In this document: positions 8,801 to 17,400 of the stretch, piece after piece
How positions within the stretch are numbered: position 1 is the first letter of the stretch
Layout of the letters: the number at the start of each line of letters is the position of its first letter
Assembly (NCBI GenBank): GCA_036848375.1
Contig: DAIUKG010000006.1
Coordinates: 44,941 to 108,940, forward strand
Direction of reading: 5' to 3'
Length of the DNA stretch: 64,000 nt
Origin: Spirochaetota bacterium
Lineage (GTDB): Bacteria > Spirochaetota > UBA4802 > UBA5550
Translations under genes and position numbers: made by a program
The notes under the pieces: model-generated
Database searches by the model: none
What the model saw: the letters and a program-made list of their open reading frames with translations, nothing else
Told to the model about the DNA's origin: nothing

Positions 8801-10081
8801 GTCTTTTGATGGAGGCGTCATATCCACGGTCCAGGAATATGATGTCGGAGACAGGGGGTCCTGCTCCGTGCCCGCGCTGTTCCTTCCCAGGACTTCGATC
8901 GTGTGCTCATCTTCGGAAAGGCCGTCAACCTGAATCCGCTGTGCGATTGCGGTCCATCCGCTCCAGGAGGCGCTGTCGATCCGGTACTGGTAATGGGTTA
9001 TTTCCGTGCCGCCAACGGCGATGTCGATACTGTCACTGCTGGTGTATTCAGCCGGCTCGTCAGTGAGTTCCGCGACCGGGTTGTCCCGGTTTACCATCCA
9101 GGTGTAGGAATAGGCCGTCTCCTGCCAGTTCCCTGCGGTGTCCATTGCAAGGACCTCAAGTGTGTAGTCCGTGGGGGGTATGCCGGTGAGATCGCTCAGG
9201 GAAATGGGAACACTGGCCGCGGTTTCATCCGACCAGTCGCCGCCGGTTATGCGGTATTTATACGCGGAAATTTCAGTGCCGCTCACGGTTATGGTCGCGC
9301 TGTTTTCCGTGGTCACCGACGCGGGAAGACCTGACAGGGCCAGATCATCGCTTACCGGGCTTTTCCGGTCAATGCGCCAGGTAAACACCGTGGGCTCATC
9401 CTGCCACAGCCCGGCCTCACTTTTGCCGAGCACTGAAAGCGTGTGGGTTTCATCGCTGCCGGCAGGGGTCAGATCCGTGTCCACAATATCAGTTGAGGCG
9501 GAAATCTCTTCAGACCATCCGCCCCCGTCAAGATCGTATTTATAAAATCCGGCATCGTTGTCTTCGACCTCACCGTCGCCGTCTTCGTCTATGGACACAT
9601 CAATCTCGATGTCGCCGCTGTTCGTCAGCGCTGCCGGCGTGTTGGCAAGATACGCTGCCACAAGGCCCCTTCCTGAATAGTCAACGACCTGGCCTTTAAG
9701 CGTATTGCCTTTTTCATCCCTGATGCCGCTTGCGGACAGCTGATAAATTCGTCCGGTCACCATTCCCTGTGAAACCGTGAGAACAACGGTGTTCAAACCG
9801 GACAGTTCAGCGCCGGTTATCGTGATAACCGGTGATCCCTGTATAAAATAATTGCCGCTGTTTTCGGCAGTGGATTTGGTTATATTTTCTGAAAACTGGA
9901 CTTCAACCGTAGTATAGGACGAAGCCTGTACTGATGCTATCCTGGGCGGGGTCGTGTCCATCGAGGACCTGAAATCACTGTAGGACGAAATCGCCCCTTT
10001 ACATGACTGGATGAACCCAGCCAGAATGATGATTGCTATGATTTTCCCGTATTTTTTTGGAATTCCCTTTCCCGTTTTCAT
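5861..10081 (-). CDS. giant repetitive cell-surface lipoprotein: signal/lipobox, >=8 tandem ~95-aa beta-sandwich (Ig-like) repeats, then CarboxypepD_reg-like domains
   Basis: Start chosen at MKTGKGIPKKYGKIIAIIILAGFIQSC, where GGAGG lies 6 nt upstream. A repeated motif Y.Y[RK].D.G.WS...T.....L.DG.[HY].L.V.[GA].D.AGNWQ recurs about 9 times. The C-terminal part contains ...SDGSFSFTDTVPIGANRYSLLVEKTGYY... Confidence 0.7.
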   Translation of the reverse strand: MKTGKGIPKKYGKIIAIIILAGFIQSCKGAISSYSDFRSSMDTTPPRIASVQASSYTTVEVQFSENITKSTAENSGNYFIQGSPVITITGAELSGLNTVVLTVSQGMVTGRIYQLSASGIRDEKGNTLKGQVVDYSGRGLVAAYLANTPAALTNSGDIEIDVSIDEDGDGEVEDNDAGFYKYDLDGGGWSEEISASTDIVDTDLTPAGSDETHTLSVLGKSEAGLWQDEPTVFTWRIDRKSPVSDDLALSGLPASVTTENSATITVSGTEISAYKYRITGGDWSDETAASVPISLSDLTGIPPTDYTLEVLAMDTAGNWQETAYSYTWMVNRDNPVAELTDEPAEYTSSDSIDIAVGGTEITHYQYRIDSASWSGWTAIAQRIQVDGLSEDEHTIEVLGRNSAGTEQDPLSPTSYSWTVDMTPPSKDAIILSNLPNDPTNTTTANIAVSGDDVYWYRYRLDYTYGGETDEGTWTGRYPVSDDINLTSAVLDRDGTYTLYVIGVDRALNETPYSEPLEDTTQWYSWVIDTSDPTAVLSNTPASSTASQTTDITVGGTNVVAYQYRVNSGSWSAQTAVSEHIALEDLEDGSYQVDVIALNSAGTWQSDSSPTSCSWVVDVTAPIAVLSDLPEDGVFNFTDITVEAETAESDSVVTYKYRYKIDGGSWIGGDADGWSDETDVSVHIELSDLTPDETYYLEVIGKDAVGNWQGDASVVNPSSATTHTWTVGLAGYPVAELFNKPADPTGSSSTGIRVGGTGVTHYRYSIDSGAWSTDYEIADYIVETLAEGDHEIAVVGYDGANWQPEFMATEYSWSIDLTPPASVTLTMTSPDPAVPQNGSTADDDFTFSVSGTDVSHYSYRYSDGSTWTGWSADTAVATALTLTDLAGDPETEYVLEVKGRDAQGNWVDDEDIATYTWTVDKEAPAVPDVNDDGVEYNTDLYVDFYWTDDSDIAEAEIQVSTDDSFSLSGVVYEGGVTEAGHHQYVVSTEDGSQYYARIRVSDSLGNWSGWGNRSDGLDVVGSITGHVVNGLNTSEMIEAATVSLIDVNDPDDPDDDTVVATDDTLSDGSFSFTDTVPIGANRYSLLVEKTGYYSGKKDSVSVTYGAVTDCGSIYIIETSATASNITGQIVDANWGNNVEGAVVELIDYSGDEVSEFTYTTTSTGTFTMSSVDPGIYSLRVTKSGFYTFTKNNVVVDGRDGAEAQGRIAICQNLAPYQIRVTVQWGSDPRDLDLHVVGPSSHTVQETDSSYGGPTNNRFHVFYRNQKSFNETVTSGYYSSSGDSNGTSSTTSLVQDATEGYGPEAINIFKNVGDYAGGVYKFSVHNYSESNWYASDVVMRVYNEYGMVREVSFPSGAGSKYLWKAITITVAGATEVIDIDDISVVNSFASISKSFPAYDNRDKDVFDW

Positions 10082-10338
10082 AATCGCCTCCAAAATCTAT
10101 TAAGTTCATTCTCTCTTTTTCAAGCCCGCCCAGGTGGGCTTTATTTTTAAATTACTATTAATTGGCCGCATGGTCAAGAGTAATAATAAATTAATTGTGC
10201 CATTTATCATTTTTTTTGTAAATTTTATGCCGTTATATGACATAATAACGGTTATTCAAACGAATTAATGAATTAAAAAATGTTTGACATCTGCCCTTTT
10301 TTTCATGGGATTGATGAACACCAACAAAGGAAGACATT

Positions 10339-11766
10339 ATGCCTCTGAAAATTTACAACACCCTGTCATGCCGTATCGACGAGCTTATCCCGGGCGGAGA
10401 AAAAAAGGACCGGCTTGAGGACTATCCCCCGGTAACCATTTATTCATGCGGCCCTACCGTGTACAGTTACGCCCATATCGGCAATTTCAGGACCTTTATC
10501 TTTAATGACTTTCTCAGGCGGTACCTTAAATTCAGGGGCTTTAAGGTCAACCACGCCATGAACATAACCGATGTTGACGACAAAACCATTGCCGGCGCTG
10601 CCGCGGATCACATCACCCTGAAGGAATACACCGGGAAATACACTGATATCTTTTTTAATGACCTGGCGACCCTGAATATTGAGCCGGTTGAGCACAATCC
10701 CCGGGCGACTGAATCCGTTGACGCCATGATAGACATTATCGCGCACCTGGAGGAAAAGGGGCTCATGTACGAGAAGGAAGGGTCTCTGTATTTCAGCATC
10801 TCGAAATATGACCGCTACGGCAGGCTCAGCAATGTCGATTCGCGCGAGATCAAATCAGGCCTGCGCTATGATACTGATGAATACGAAAAGGACGATGTTC
10901 GCGATTTCGCGCTGTGGAAATCCTCAAAACCCGGCGAAATATCATGGGACACTCCCTGGGGAAAAGGAAGGCCCGGATGGCACATAGAATGCTCCGCCAT
11001 GATACGAAAAATTTTCGGCACCACGATCGACATCCACACCGGCGGCGTTGACCTTATTTTCCCGCATCACGAGAATGAAATCGCCCAGAGCGAGGCAGCG
11101 TACGGAGAGACCTTTGTGCGCCACTGGATCCACGCGGAGCACCTGCTTGTTGACGGCTCAAAGATGTCCAAGTCAAAAGGAAATTTTTACACCCTGCGCG
11201 ACCTGCTCGACCGCGGATTTTCACCCAGGGCGATACGGTACCTCCTCATATCGGCACACTATCGAAAACAGCTCAACTTCACCTTTGAAGGCATAGGCCA
11301 GGTTGACCAGGCCCTGTCGCGGCTGGACAACCTGCTGGTCAGGCTGAACGACATTAAAACCGTGAAAGAGCTTTCCCCTGAAACCGTGAAGCTCTCCGAA
11401 GAGCTGACGACGCGCTTTACCGAATCGCTTGATGACGACCTCAATATATCCGGCGGCATGGCCGCGCTTTTTGACTATGTTCACGCGGTAAACAGCCTTA
11501 TCGACCAGGACGCCATGGGCACGGCGGACGCGTCTCACGCGATTGACTGCCTGAAAAAAATCGATTCGGTCCTGGGCGTTATTTTCTTCCCGGTTGAAAA
11601 GAACGACGTGGATGAAAGCCGCATCGAAAATCTCGTAGAAGAACGCACGGAAGCTAAAAAGAACAAAAATTTCAAGCGGGCGGATGAAATACGCGACACG
11701 CTGCTCGCACAAGGCATTGTACTTGAAGACACCAAAGAAGGCACACGGTGGAAGATAAAGAAATAA
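10339..11766 (+). CDS. cysS: cysteine--tRNA ligase
   Basis: 475 aa. Class-I HIGH motif (YAHIGNFRT), KMSKSKGN and CGPTVYSY. Length and architecture are typical of CysRS. Confidence 0.95.
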   Translation: MPLKIYNTLSCRIDELIPGGEKKDRLEDYPPVTIYSCGPTVYSYAHIGNFRTFIFNDFLRRYLKFRGFKVNHAMNITDVDDKTIAGAAADHITLKEYTGKYTDIFFNDLATLNIEPVEHNPRATESVDAMIDIIAHLEEKGLMYEKEGSLYFSISKYDRYGRLSNVDSREIKSGLRYDTDEYEKDDVRDFALWKSSKPGEISWDTPWGKGRPGWHIECSAMIRKIFGTTIDIHTGGVDLIFPHHENEIAQSEAAYGETFVRHWIHAEHLLVDGSKMSKSKGNFYTLRDLLDRGFSPRAIRYLLISAHYRKQLNFTFEGIGQVDQALSRLDNLLVRLNDIKTVKELSPETVKLSEELTTRFTESLDDDLNISGGMAALFDYVHAVNSLIDQDAMGTADASHAIDCLKKIDSVLGVIFFPVEKNDVDESRIENLVEERTEAKKNKNFKRADEIRDTLLAQGIVLEDTKEGTRWKIKK

Positions 11767-12479
11767 TTTTCGGCCGCAATCCCGTTTTTGAATACCTCAA
11801 ATCGTCCGCGCATCAGGAAGGAGCCGAAGTCTATATCGCGGACCACGCTCACGGCAAAATAATCGACGAAATCAGGGCCGAGGCGGGCAGAAAAAAAATC
11901 CCCCTCGTCACGCGGGACAAAAATTTCTTTCACTCACTCGGCCCTTCATCCAGGCACCAGGGCGTGGCCATGAAGATACCCGGCAATGGCGGCAGGGGGG
12001 ATGCTGATCTGCTGCTGCATGCCGCGGCCCGGAAAGGGGTGCTGGTCATGCTCGACCAGATTACCGACCCGCACAACGCAGGGGCGATCATCCGCACGGC
12101 CGAGGCTCTGGGCTGCGACGGGATCGTGATTCCCAAAAGCCATTCATCAGGCATCACGCCGACCGTGATCAAGGCCGCGGCAGGGGCGACGGCCCATATC
12201 GGCATCGCCATGGTCCCCAACGCAGCCGCGTTTATTGACCGCGCCAAAGAAGCCGGGTTCTGGGTGATCGGGACCACTGACCACGGGGACAGGGTCCCGG
12301 ACGGGCTGAACAGTATCAGGCCCGCGCTGGTTATCATCGGAAGCGAAGGGGCCGGGATGCGCAGGCTCACCGAGGAGAAATGCGACTACCGGGTGCGCAT
12401 TCCCCTGAAGGGAAAGGTTTCGTCCCTTAACGCGTCAGTGGCGGCGGGAATTATCCTGTACGAAATAATGAAATCTTGA
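11748..12479 (+). CDS. rlmB: SpoU/TrmH-family RNA 2'-O-methyltransferase, RlmB-like (GTG start overlapping the cysS stop)
   Basis: Motifs VMLDQITDPHNAGAIIRTAEALGCDGIVI, LVIIGSEGAGMRRLTE and LNASVAAGIILYE. The N-terminal IFGRNPVFEYLKS is the RlmB-type substrate domain. Confidence 0.7.
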   Translation: MEDKEIIFGRNPVFEYLKSSAHQEGAEVYIADHAHGKIIDEIRAEAGRKKIPLVTRDKNFFHSLGPSSRHQGVAMKIPGNGGRGDADLLLHAAARKGVLVMLDQITDPHNAGAIIRTAEALGCDGIVIPKSHSSGITPTVIKAAAGATAHIGIAMVPNAAAFIDRAKEAGFWVIGTTDHGDRVPDGLNSIRPALVIIGSEGAGMRRLTEEKCDYRVRIPLKGKVSSLNASVAAGIILYEIMKS

Positions 12480-12875
12480 TTATTTCAGCATCACCAGCGA
12501 CAGTCCTTTAATTTCCTTAAAGTGCTTGTCTCGCGTTATGAGTTGCAGACCGTATTGAATTGCCAGTGCAGCAACCCAAATATCATTTTCGGGGATAGGT
12601 TTGCCTTTCTTTTTCAGTTCACTTTTAAGGCTGCCATATATTTTTGCTGTCTCGATATTATTTTCGAGGATTGAAGAACAGGCAATGAACTCTTCTAATC
12701 TTTTTTTATTCTCATTCTTTCGTAAAGAATTATGAATGCCATAGTACAATTCACCAATAACAGTATTACAAATAAAAATTTCTTTTGCTGTAGTAAGCTT
12801 TTTAATCACTTCCCGGTCATTATTAAAAAGAGCAATAATAATATTTGTATCGAGTAAATACTTACCACTCGCCAT
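12480..12875 (-). CDS. vapC: PIN-domain ribonuclease toxin (VapC family)
   Basis: MASGKYLLDTNIIIALFNND... carries the conserved PIN acidic residues. It overlaps the upstream small gene by ~14 nt. The stop codon abuts the rlmB stop with no intergenic space. Confidence 0.8.
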   Translation of the reverse strand: MASGKYLLDTNIIIALFNNDREVIKKLTTAKEIFICNTVIGELYYGIHNSLRKNENKKRLEEFIACSSILENNIETAKIYGSLKSELKKKGKPIPENDIWVAALAIQYGLQLITRDKHFKEIKGLSLVMLK

Positions 12876-13092
12876 TATCAACCTTCTCACAGCCATCTTC
12901 TATTACTTCAAGAATTTGGTGGGCCTCGGCATCACTTAATGTTCCTGCAAATTTCAATAAATCTTTACCGGATTTACCTTTCGTCTGAACGCTGGCCAAT
13001 GCATGGGCAAAATCCTGTACTTTTTTTTGCAGATCAAGAGGAAGCTTTTCCATATCATTTATCAGCTTCTTTTTAATTTCAGGTCTAATCAT
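12862..13092 (-). CDS. cognate antitoxin (DUF2281-like small protein)
   Basis: 76 aa, ...KLPLDLQKKVQDFAHAL... It sits immediately upstream of the PIN gene and overlaps it, as in type II TA operons. Confidence 0.55.
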   Translation of the reverse strand: MIRPEIKKKLINDMEKLPLDLQKKVQDFAHALASVQTKGKSGKDLLKFAGTLSDAEAHQILEVIEDGCEKVDNGEW

Positions 13093-13114
13093 AAAGCTCC
13101 TCCCGGATTAGAAT

Positions 13115-13288
13115 AAGGGAACCTCTCTAAATAACATTTTTGATGTTCCCTTGTGGGTATCCCGATTCCTTATAGCTATTTAATGAATCGGGAGATAAAT
13201 CAGGTTTTATACCCCTACTAACTCCCCCTATCAGGGGGAGAATAAAAGAGGGGGTTAAAAACCTAATTTTTAGAGGTACCCATAATAA
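13115..13288. repeat. structured repeat copy 3, same orientation as copy 1, expanded by two extra stem-loops
   Basis: It shares AAGGGAACCTCTCTAAATAACATTTTTGATGTTCCCTTGTGGGTA...ATAAATCAGGTTTTAT...AAAACCTAATTTTTAGAGGTACCCATAAT. Inserted hairpins are TCCCGATTC...GAATCGGGA and CTCCCCC-CTATCA-GGGGGAG. The GGGCAC/GTGCCC stem of copy 1 is replaced by GGGTA/TACCC, a compensatory change. Confidence 0.75.
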
Positions 13289-13423
13289 TTAATGTTTACT
13301 GTATTTTACGTTTCTAAAATGACAAATTAAAATTATTAAGTATAAGCTACTATCAGAATTGTTAGTAGTCACTTCTCCTTTTGTAAAGGATATTATTGAT
13401 CATAGAAAAAAATATTATCAGTC

Positions 13424-13468
13424 GCTGCGGGGATTGTGCTGTATGAAATAATGAAATCTTGATTATGC
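13424..13468. repeat. divergent direct duplicate of the last ~45 nt of rlmB (encodes SVAAGIVLYEIMKS*), about 0.95 kb downstream of the real gene end
   Basis: 43/50 identities with 12433-12482. The differences are mostly synonymous (I->V only). This gene-end duplication flanks the vapBC/repeat insert. Confidence 0.8.
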
Positions 13469-13504
13469 CTGCCGGACGGGATATATTTATGGAGAGGTGA
13501 TGTT

Positions 13505-13870
13505 ATGCTTCTCGTAAACAGAAATGTACGCCAGCACCCCGATTCAATTATACGGGGACGCAATATCATGGCCGGCCTGTGCGTCCTGATCTTGTTCGCC
13601 ATTATAATTATTGTGTCCCTTTCATGGCCCAGGGTGGGAACCATGTTTGACCGCCTGTATAAAACCATGGCAATTACCGGTCCCCTTGACAAAAAAATCA
13701 TCATCTACGCATTCTATCTTCTCCCTCCCCTGGGGCTGTTTTCGGTGATCGGCCTGGTATTGAATTCCATGCGCACGAAAAGAAAGTATGACCGCTGGAG
13801 CATGTCCCTGATCCTGGGGGCGGTGGTCGCTGCCGCGGGCGGGCTGGTGTATTTATTGGTGTTTATGTAA
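13505..13870 (+). CDS. small hypothetical membrane protein (3 predicted TM helices)
   Basis: 121-aa ORF with hydrophobic segments LCVLILFAIIIIVSL, IIIYAFYLLPPLGLFSVIGLVL and LILGAVVAAAGGLVYLLVF. Confidence 0.35.
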   Translation: MLLVNRNVRQHPDSIIRGRNIMAGLCVLILFAIIIIVSLSWPRVGTMFDRLYKTMAITGPLDKKIIIYAFYLLPPLGLFSVIGLVLNSMRTKRKYDRWSMSLILGAVVAAAGGLVYLLVFM

Positions 13871-13999
13871 GCAGTATAACATTTCCGGCATTAGAGGCAG
13901 TTTATTCATTTCTAAACTGCTTTTTCATCCCCCCTTTAATAAAAATTTATATCTGCCGGGTATTTTTTTGCAACGTTATCAAGTTAATAATGTGCAATA

Positions 14000-14941
14000 A
14001 TGTACCCGAACAACCATACCAACAACCGGCCCCTGCATAAAATATTTAGCGCAAGGGCGCTTCTCACTCTTATTCAGGTAGCAGTGATCACCGCCAGGCA
14101 TATTCGGCGTGCTGAAATTTCAAATCAAAAGACGGAACACATGCCCGGGACAGAGGTCCTTCACCACTGGGCCCGGGAGCTGATCATGGCTGGAAGAATC
14201 AGAGTTAAAGCCAGGGGTAACCATCCTGAAAAAAACGCACTTTATATATGCAACCACCGCTCATATCTTGACATTGTAGCGATTGGCAGTGTTCTGCCAG
14301 TCACTTTTCTGGCAAAAGATGAAGTCGCCTCATGGCCTTTGTTCGGGCGCGGCTGCAGGGTTGCGGATGTCGTTTTTGTCAAACGGAACGACTCCGAAAG
14401 CAGAACACGGAGCCGTGACAGCATTAGCCTGGTACTGGACAGAAAAATGAGTATCGCGGTGTTTCCCGAAGGGACTTCTTTTGCCGGCCCGGGGATACTT
14501 CCTTTTAAAAAAGGCCCCTTCTCTATCGCTGCAGAAAATAATTTCACCGTTGTTCCGGTAGCAATCGATTATGCCGATCCGGATGACGCGTGGGTGGGAA
14601 GCGACACGTTCATCAGGCATTTCTTCCAGACTTTCGCGAAGAAAAAAATAACCATACTTGTCAGTTTCGGCCCGTCGATACGAAGCGATGACCCGGACGC
14701 CCTGCAGGCATACTGCCGGCACTGGATACATCACGCACTTATAGATCAAAAGAATTCAGACAAAAACTATAATTTACTGGAGGTTTATAATGAACCACCC
14801 TACGGGAAGTCAAAAAGCATCCGGCAACATCCCGCCCGGAAAAGCGAAAGAAAAGAACCCCTACCGGTACCAGGTATTATTCAGGCCGGGATTACACATG
14901 AGCGACGAAAAGATAGCGCTCCTGGTCGAAAAAATCCGTGA
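14000..14941 (+). CDS. plsC: lysophospholipid (1-acyl-glycerol-3-phosphate) acyltransferase, PlsC family
   Basis: H(X)4D motif NHRSYLD and FPEGTSF motif. The ends are uncertain; it may start at 14187, and its C-terminal extension overlaps the next ORF. Confidence 0.7.
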   Translation: MYPNNHTNNRPLHKIFSARALLTLIQVAVITARHIRRAEISNQKTEHMPGTEVLHHWARELIMAGRIRVKARGNHPEKNALYICNHRSYLDIVAIGSVLPVTFLAKDEVASWPLFGRGCRVADVVFVKRNDSESRTRSRDSISLVLDRKMSIAVFPEGTSFAGPGILPFKKGPFSIAAENNFTVVPVAIDYADPDDAWVGSDTFIRHFFQTFAKKKITILVSFGPSIRSDDPDALQAYCRHWIHHALIDQKNSDKNYNLLEVYNEPPYGKSKSIRQHPARKSERKEPLPVPGIIQAGITHERRKDSAPGRKNP

Positions 14942-15641
14942 TACTGCATCAACAGCCTTTCACGAAATTCCCGATTACCAGGTCTTCAGAGGGACCCGTG
15001 ATGAACTCGCTGATAAAATAATCGCCATAGCATGGCGTGACGATGGGGAAATCGCCGGGTTCTGCTCAACGGTCATTCTTGAAGTGAAGGGAGTGGGAAA
15101 AGTGATTCACCTCGGCCTGACAATCGTCCGGCCTGAAGACAGAAGCGGCGGACTTACCCATATTCTCACTCACAAGGCAGTAGCGGCATTTCTTTTCAGG
15201 TACCGTCCCATTATTGGCAAACTCTGGATCACCAACTGCGCGGCTGTTCTGAGCAGCCTCGTCAATGTCTCGTTGTTTTTTGAAAAAGTCTATCCATCCC
15301 CGAAACCCGGAACAAAGATTACCAGGAAACACCAGATAATAGCCAGGGCAATTGACACATATTACAGAGATAAAATCTATATCAGCGACCAGGCGATGTT
15401 TGATCATGAGCACTTCGTTTTCAGGGGAAGCGTCAAAGACACAGTTTTCCAGAAAAAAGAAGAAGATACCAGCTACTATCACCGCAACATCCATTACAAC
15501 GAATATTTCAAACAGAAAATGAAATTCGAGAACGGGGACGAAGTGCTCCAGATAGGCTTTGCCAGCACTTTTGCGGCAATCAAGCACCTCTGGAGAAATG
15601 TACCATTGCCAAAGCCAAAGGTACAAAGCCAGAATTTATAG
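14897..15641 (+). CDS. hypothetical protein (start ambiguous; ORF open from 14790)
   Basis: Long ORF with ordinary codon usage. No confident domain. Confidence 0.4.
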
Positions 15642-15786
15642 CATCACCATAAAGGGCGGTACCTGTTAACGTCGTCCAGGTGCCGCCCGTACAACGTGAA
15701 TTTATTATATGCTTATATTAATTTTACTCATTCTTCATCTAAAAGTGATTATTTAAGTTTGAAACAATATCATAAGCAGGTCAAGA

Positions 15787-17400
15787 ATGAACGCTCCCAA
15801 GCTACAACAGAACAGTTTCAGTACAAGAAAGTCCCTCGTTGCCGGGCTTGTCCTTCTACTGGCCTTTATTATAACAGCGGGGATTATCGGACTCTACACA
15901 CTCAACAAGTCCTTCACCAACTCTGAAGAATACATTGACGCAATCGATTCCGCGCGTGAAACGCAGGTGCTCATCCAGAAACAGATACAGATATGGAAAA
16001 CAACAATACTTGAAAGTGATGATTATGACCAGTATCGTAAACTTTTTTACGAATTTTCACGGTATTCAACTGTTATACAGGATATGCTCTTCAACCTGAA
16101 AATAACCTGCTCATCGTTTGAAGAAACCCCTGACGAAATCATGAAATTGAGCGAGCTGCACAAACAACTATCAGAGGAATACATTCTCCTCCTGGTAAAT
16201 CTCGAGGAATCAGGATTCAGGAATAAAAAAACAATTATCGATGCCGCAAAAGGGAAAGACGCCCGGATCTTCGACAGCATCGACAGGATCGTCGGCAGAA
16301 TAAAAAATCATTCCCATTACATGATGGACCGTATAAACAAGTTTTATCTTGCAATCGTATTTGCAGTGCTCCTGATCATGATTTTCGCGGCAGTTTCCCT
16401 GAGTATTTACCTGAGCAGAAGAATTTTCAGGGCCCAGTACATTCTGGAAAAAAAAGTTTCCGAAAGAACAAAAGACCTTGTCGATGCGAACAGAAAGATC
16501 AAACTCTCCGAAGAAAAATACCGTCTTATAGTTGAAGGATCCCGTGATATCATTTTTTCACTTGATGAATCACTCAAATTCATCACCGTGAACAGGACTG
16601 TTTACGAGTTCTTTAAGGTGAAGCCAGAAAAAGTCGAAGGTAAAAACTTCTTCGATATTATCAACAGCGAAACACCGGAATCGCATTTCACCATAGGGCT
16701 TATCAAAGAAAAAATATCACATCTTATGGCCAACAGCGGCACAACCCAGTTCATTGCCGACATCAAGATCCCGGGGTTCATTGAATCAATTGCTCTTAAT
16801 GTAAAGCTGGAATCTCTTAACTTCGATGACAAAAAAGAAATTCTGGGACACGCCGCTCCGGCAGTCCAGGACACCATCGTGAACTATCTCGTAAGGGAAA
16901 GAAGAAAATTCCGCATCGACAATTCTCTCATTGCCGCTGACGACATGTCGCTGAAGCTCACTGCGGGTCTTTCAAAAATTCTGGACGATTCAGAAGTGAA
17001 AATCACCAGAATTGCGTTGAGGGAAATAATGATCAATGCAATTGAACACGGGAACCTGAATATCAGTTTCATGGAAAAAAGCACCGCGATGATAAAAGAT
17101 GAATACTTCAAGCTGCTTAAAAGCAGGCAGCTCGACCCGAAATACAGGGACAAAAAAATTGAAATTGAATACACCTTTGATCATGACAAAGTGGTTTACC
17201 GGATAACCGATGAAGGAAACGGCTTCGACCACAACAGTATGGTCAAACGCTCAATCAACAGGATTAACGACGGGATGATAACGCACGGAAGAGGCATAGC
17301 CATGGCCCGCCAGATATTTGACCACCTGCGCTACAACGAAAAAGGGAATGAAGTCCTTCTGGTAAAATATTTTAATCAGTGCGGGACGGCAGCGGGATGA
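15787..17400 (+). CDS. membrane-anchored sensor with a PAS domain and a C-terminal GHKL/HATPase-like (RsbW/SpoIIAB-type kinase) domain
   Basis: N-terminal TM segment, a second TM around aa 190-210, PAS-like KYRLIVEGSRDIIFSLDE..., then C-terminal EIMINAIEHGN...YRITDEGNGFD (ATP-lid G1 box). Confidence 0.55.
   Translation: MNAPKLQQNSFSTRKSLVAGLVLLLAFIITAGIIGLYTLNKSFTNSEEYIDAIDSARETQVLIQKQIQIWKTTILESDDYDQYRKLFYEFSRYSTVIQDMLFNLKITCSSFEETPDEIMKLSELHKQLSEEYILLLVNLEESGFRNKKTIIDAAKGKDARIFDSIDRIVGRIKNHSHYMMDRINKFYLAIVFAVLLIMIFAAVSLSIYLSRRIFRAQYILEKKVSERTKDLVDANRKIKLSEEKYRLIVEGSRDIIFSLDESLKFITVNRTVYEFFKVKPEKVEGKNFFDIINSETPESHFTIGLIKEKISHLMANSGTTQFIADIKIPGFIESIALNVKLESLNFDDKKEILGHAAPAVQDTIVNYLVRERRKFRIDNSLIAADDMSLKLTAGLSKILDDSEVKITRIALREIMINAIEHGNLNISFMEKSTAMIKDEYFKLLKSRQLDPKYRDKKIEIEYTFDHDKVVYRITDEGNGFDHNSMVKRSINRINDGMITHGRGIAMARQIFDHLRYNEKGNEVLLVKYFNQCGTAAG

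Noticed and set aside
10094-10338. T-box or attenuator leader upstream of cysS (hairpin AAGCCCGCCCAGGTGGGCTT plus T-run)
   Set aside because: There is no T-box consensus (AGGGUGGNACCGCG) and no specifier-loop architecture. The hairpin is imperfect, so I do not call it.
1124-13288. Integron attC sites / gene cassettes (TA modules next to imperfect inverted repeats)
   Set aside because: The repeat ends read RRRAAC...GTTYYY rather than the canonical R''/R' boxes (RYYYAAC...GTTRRRY). No intI or attI is seen. The cassette analogy is conceptual only.
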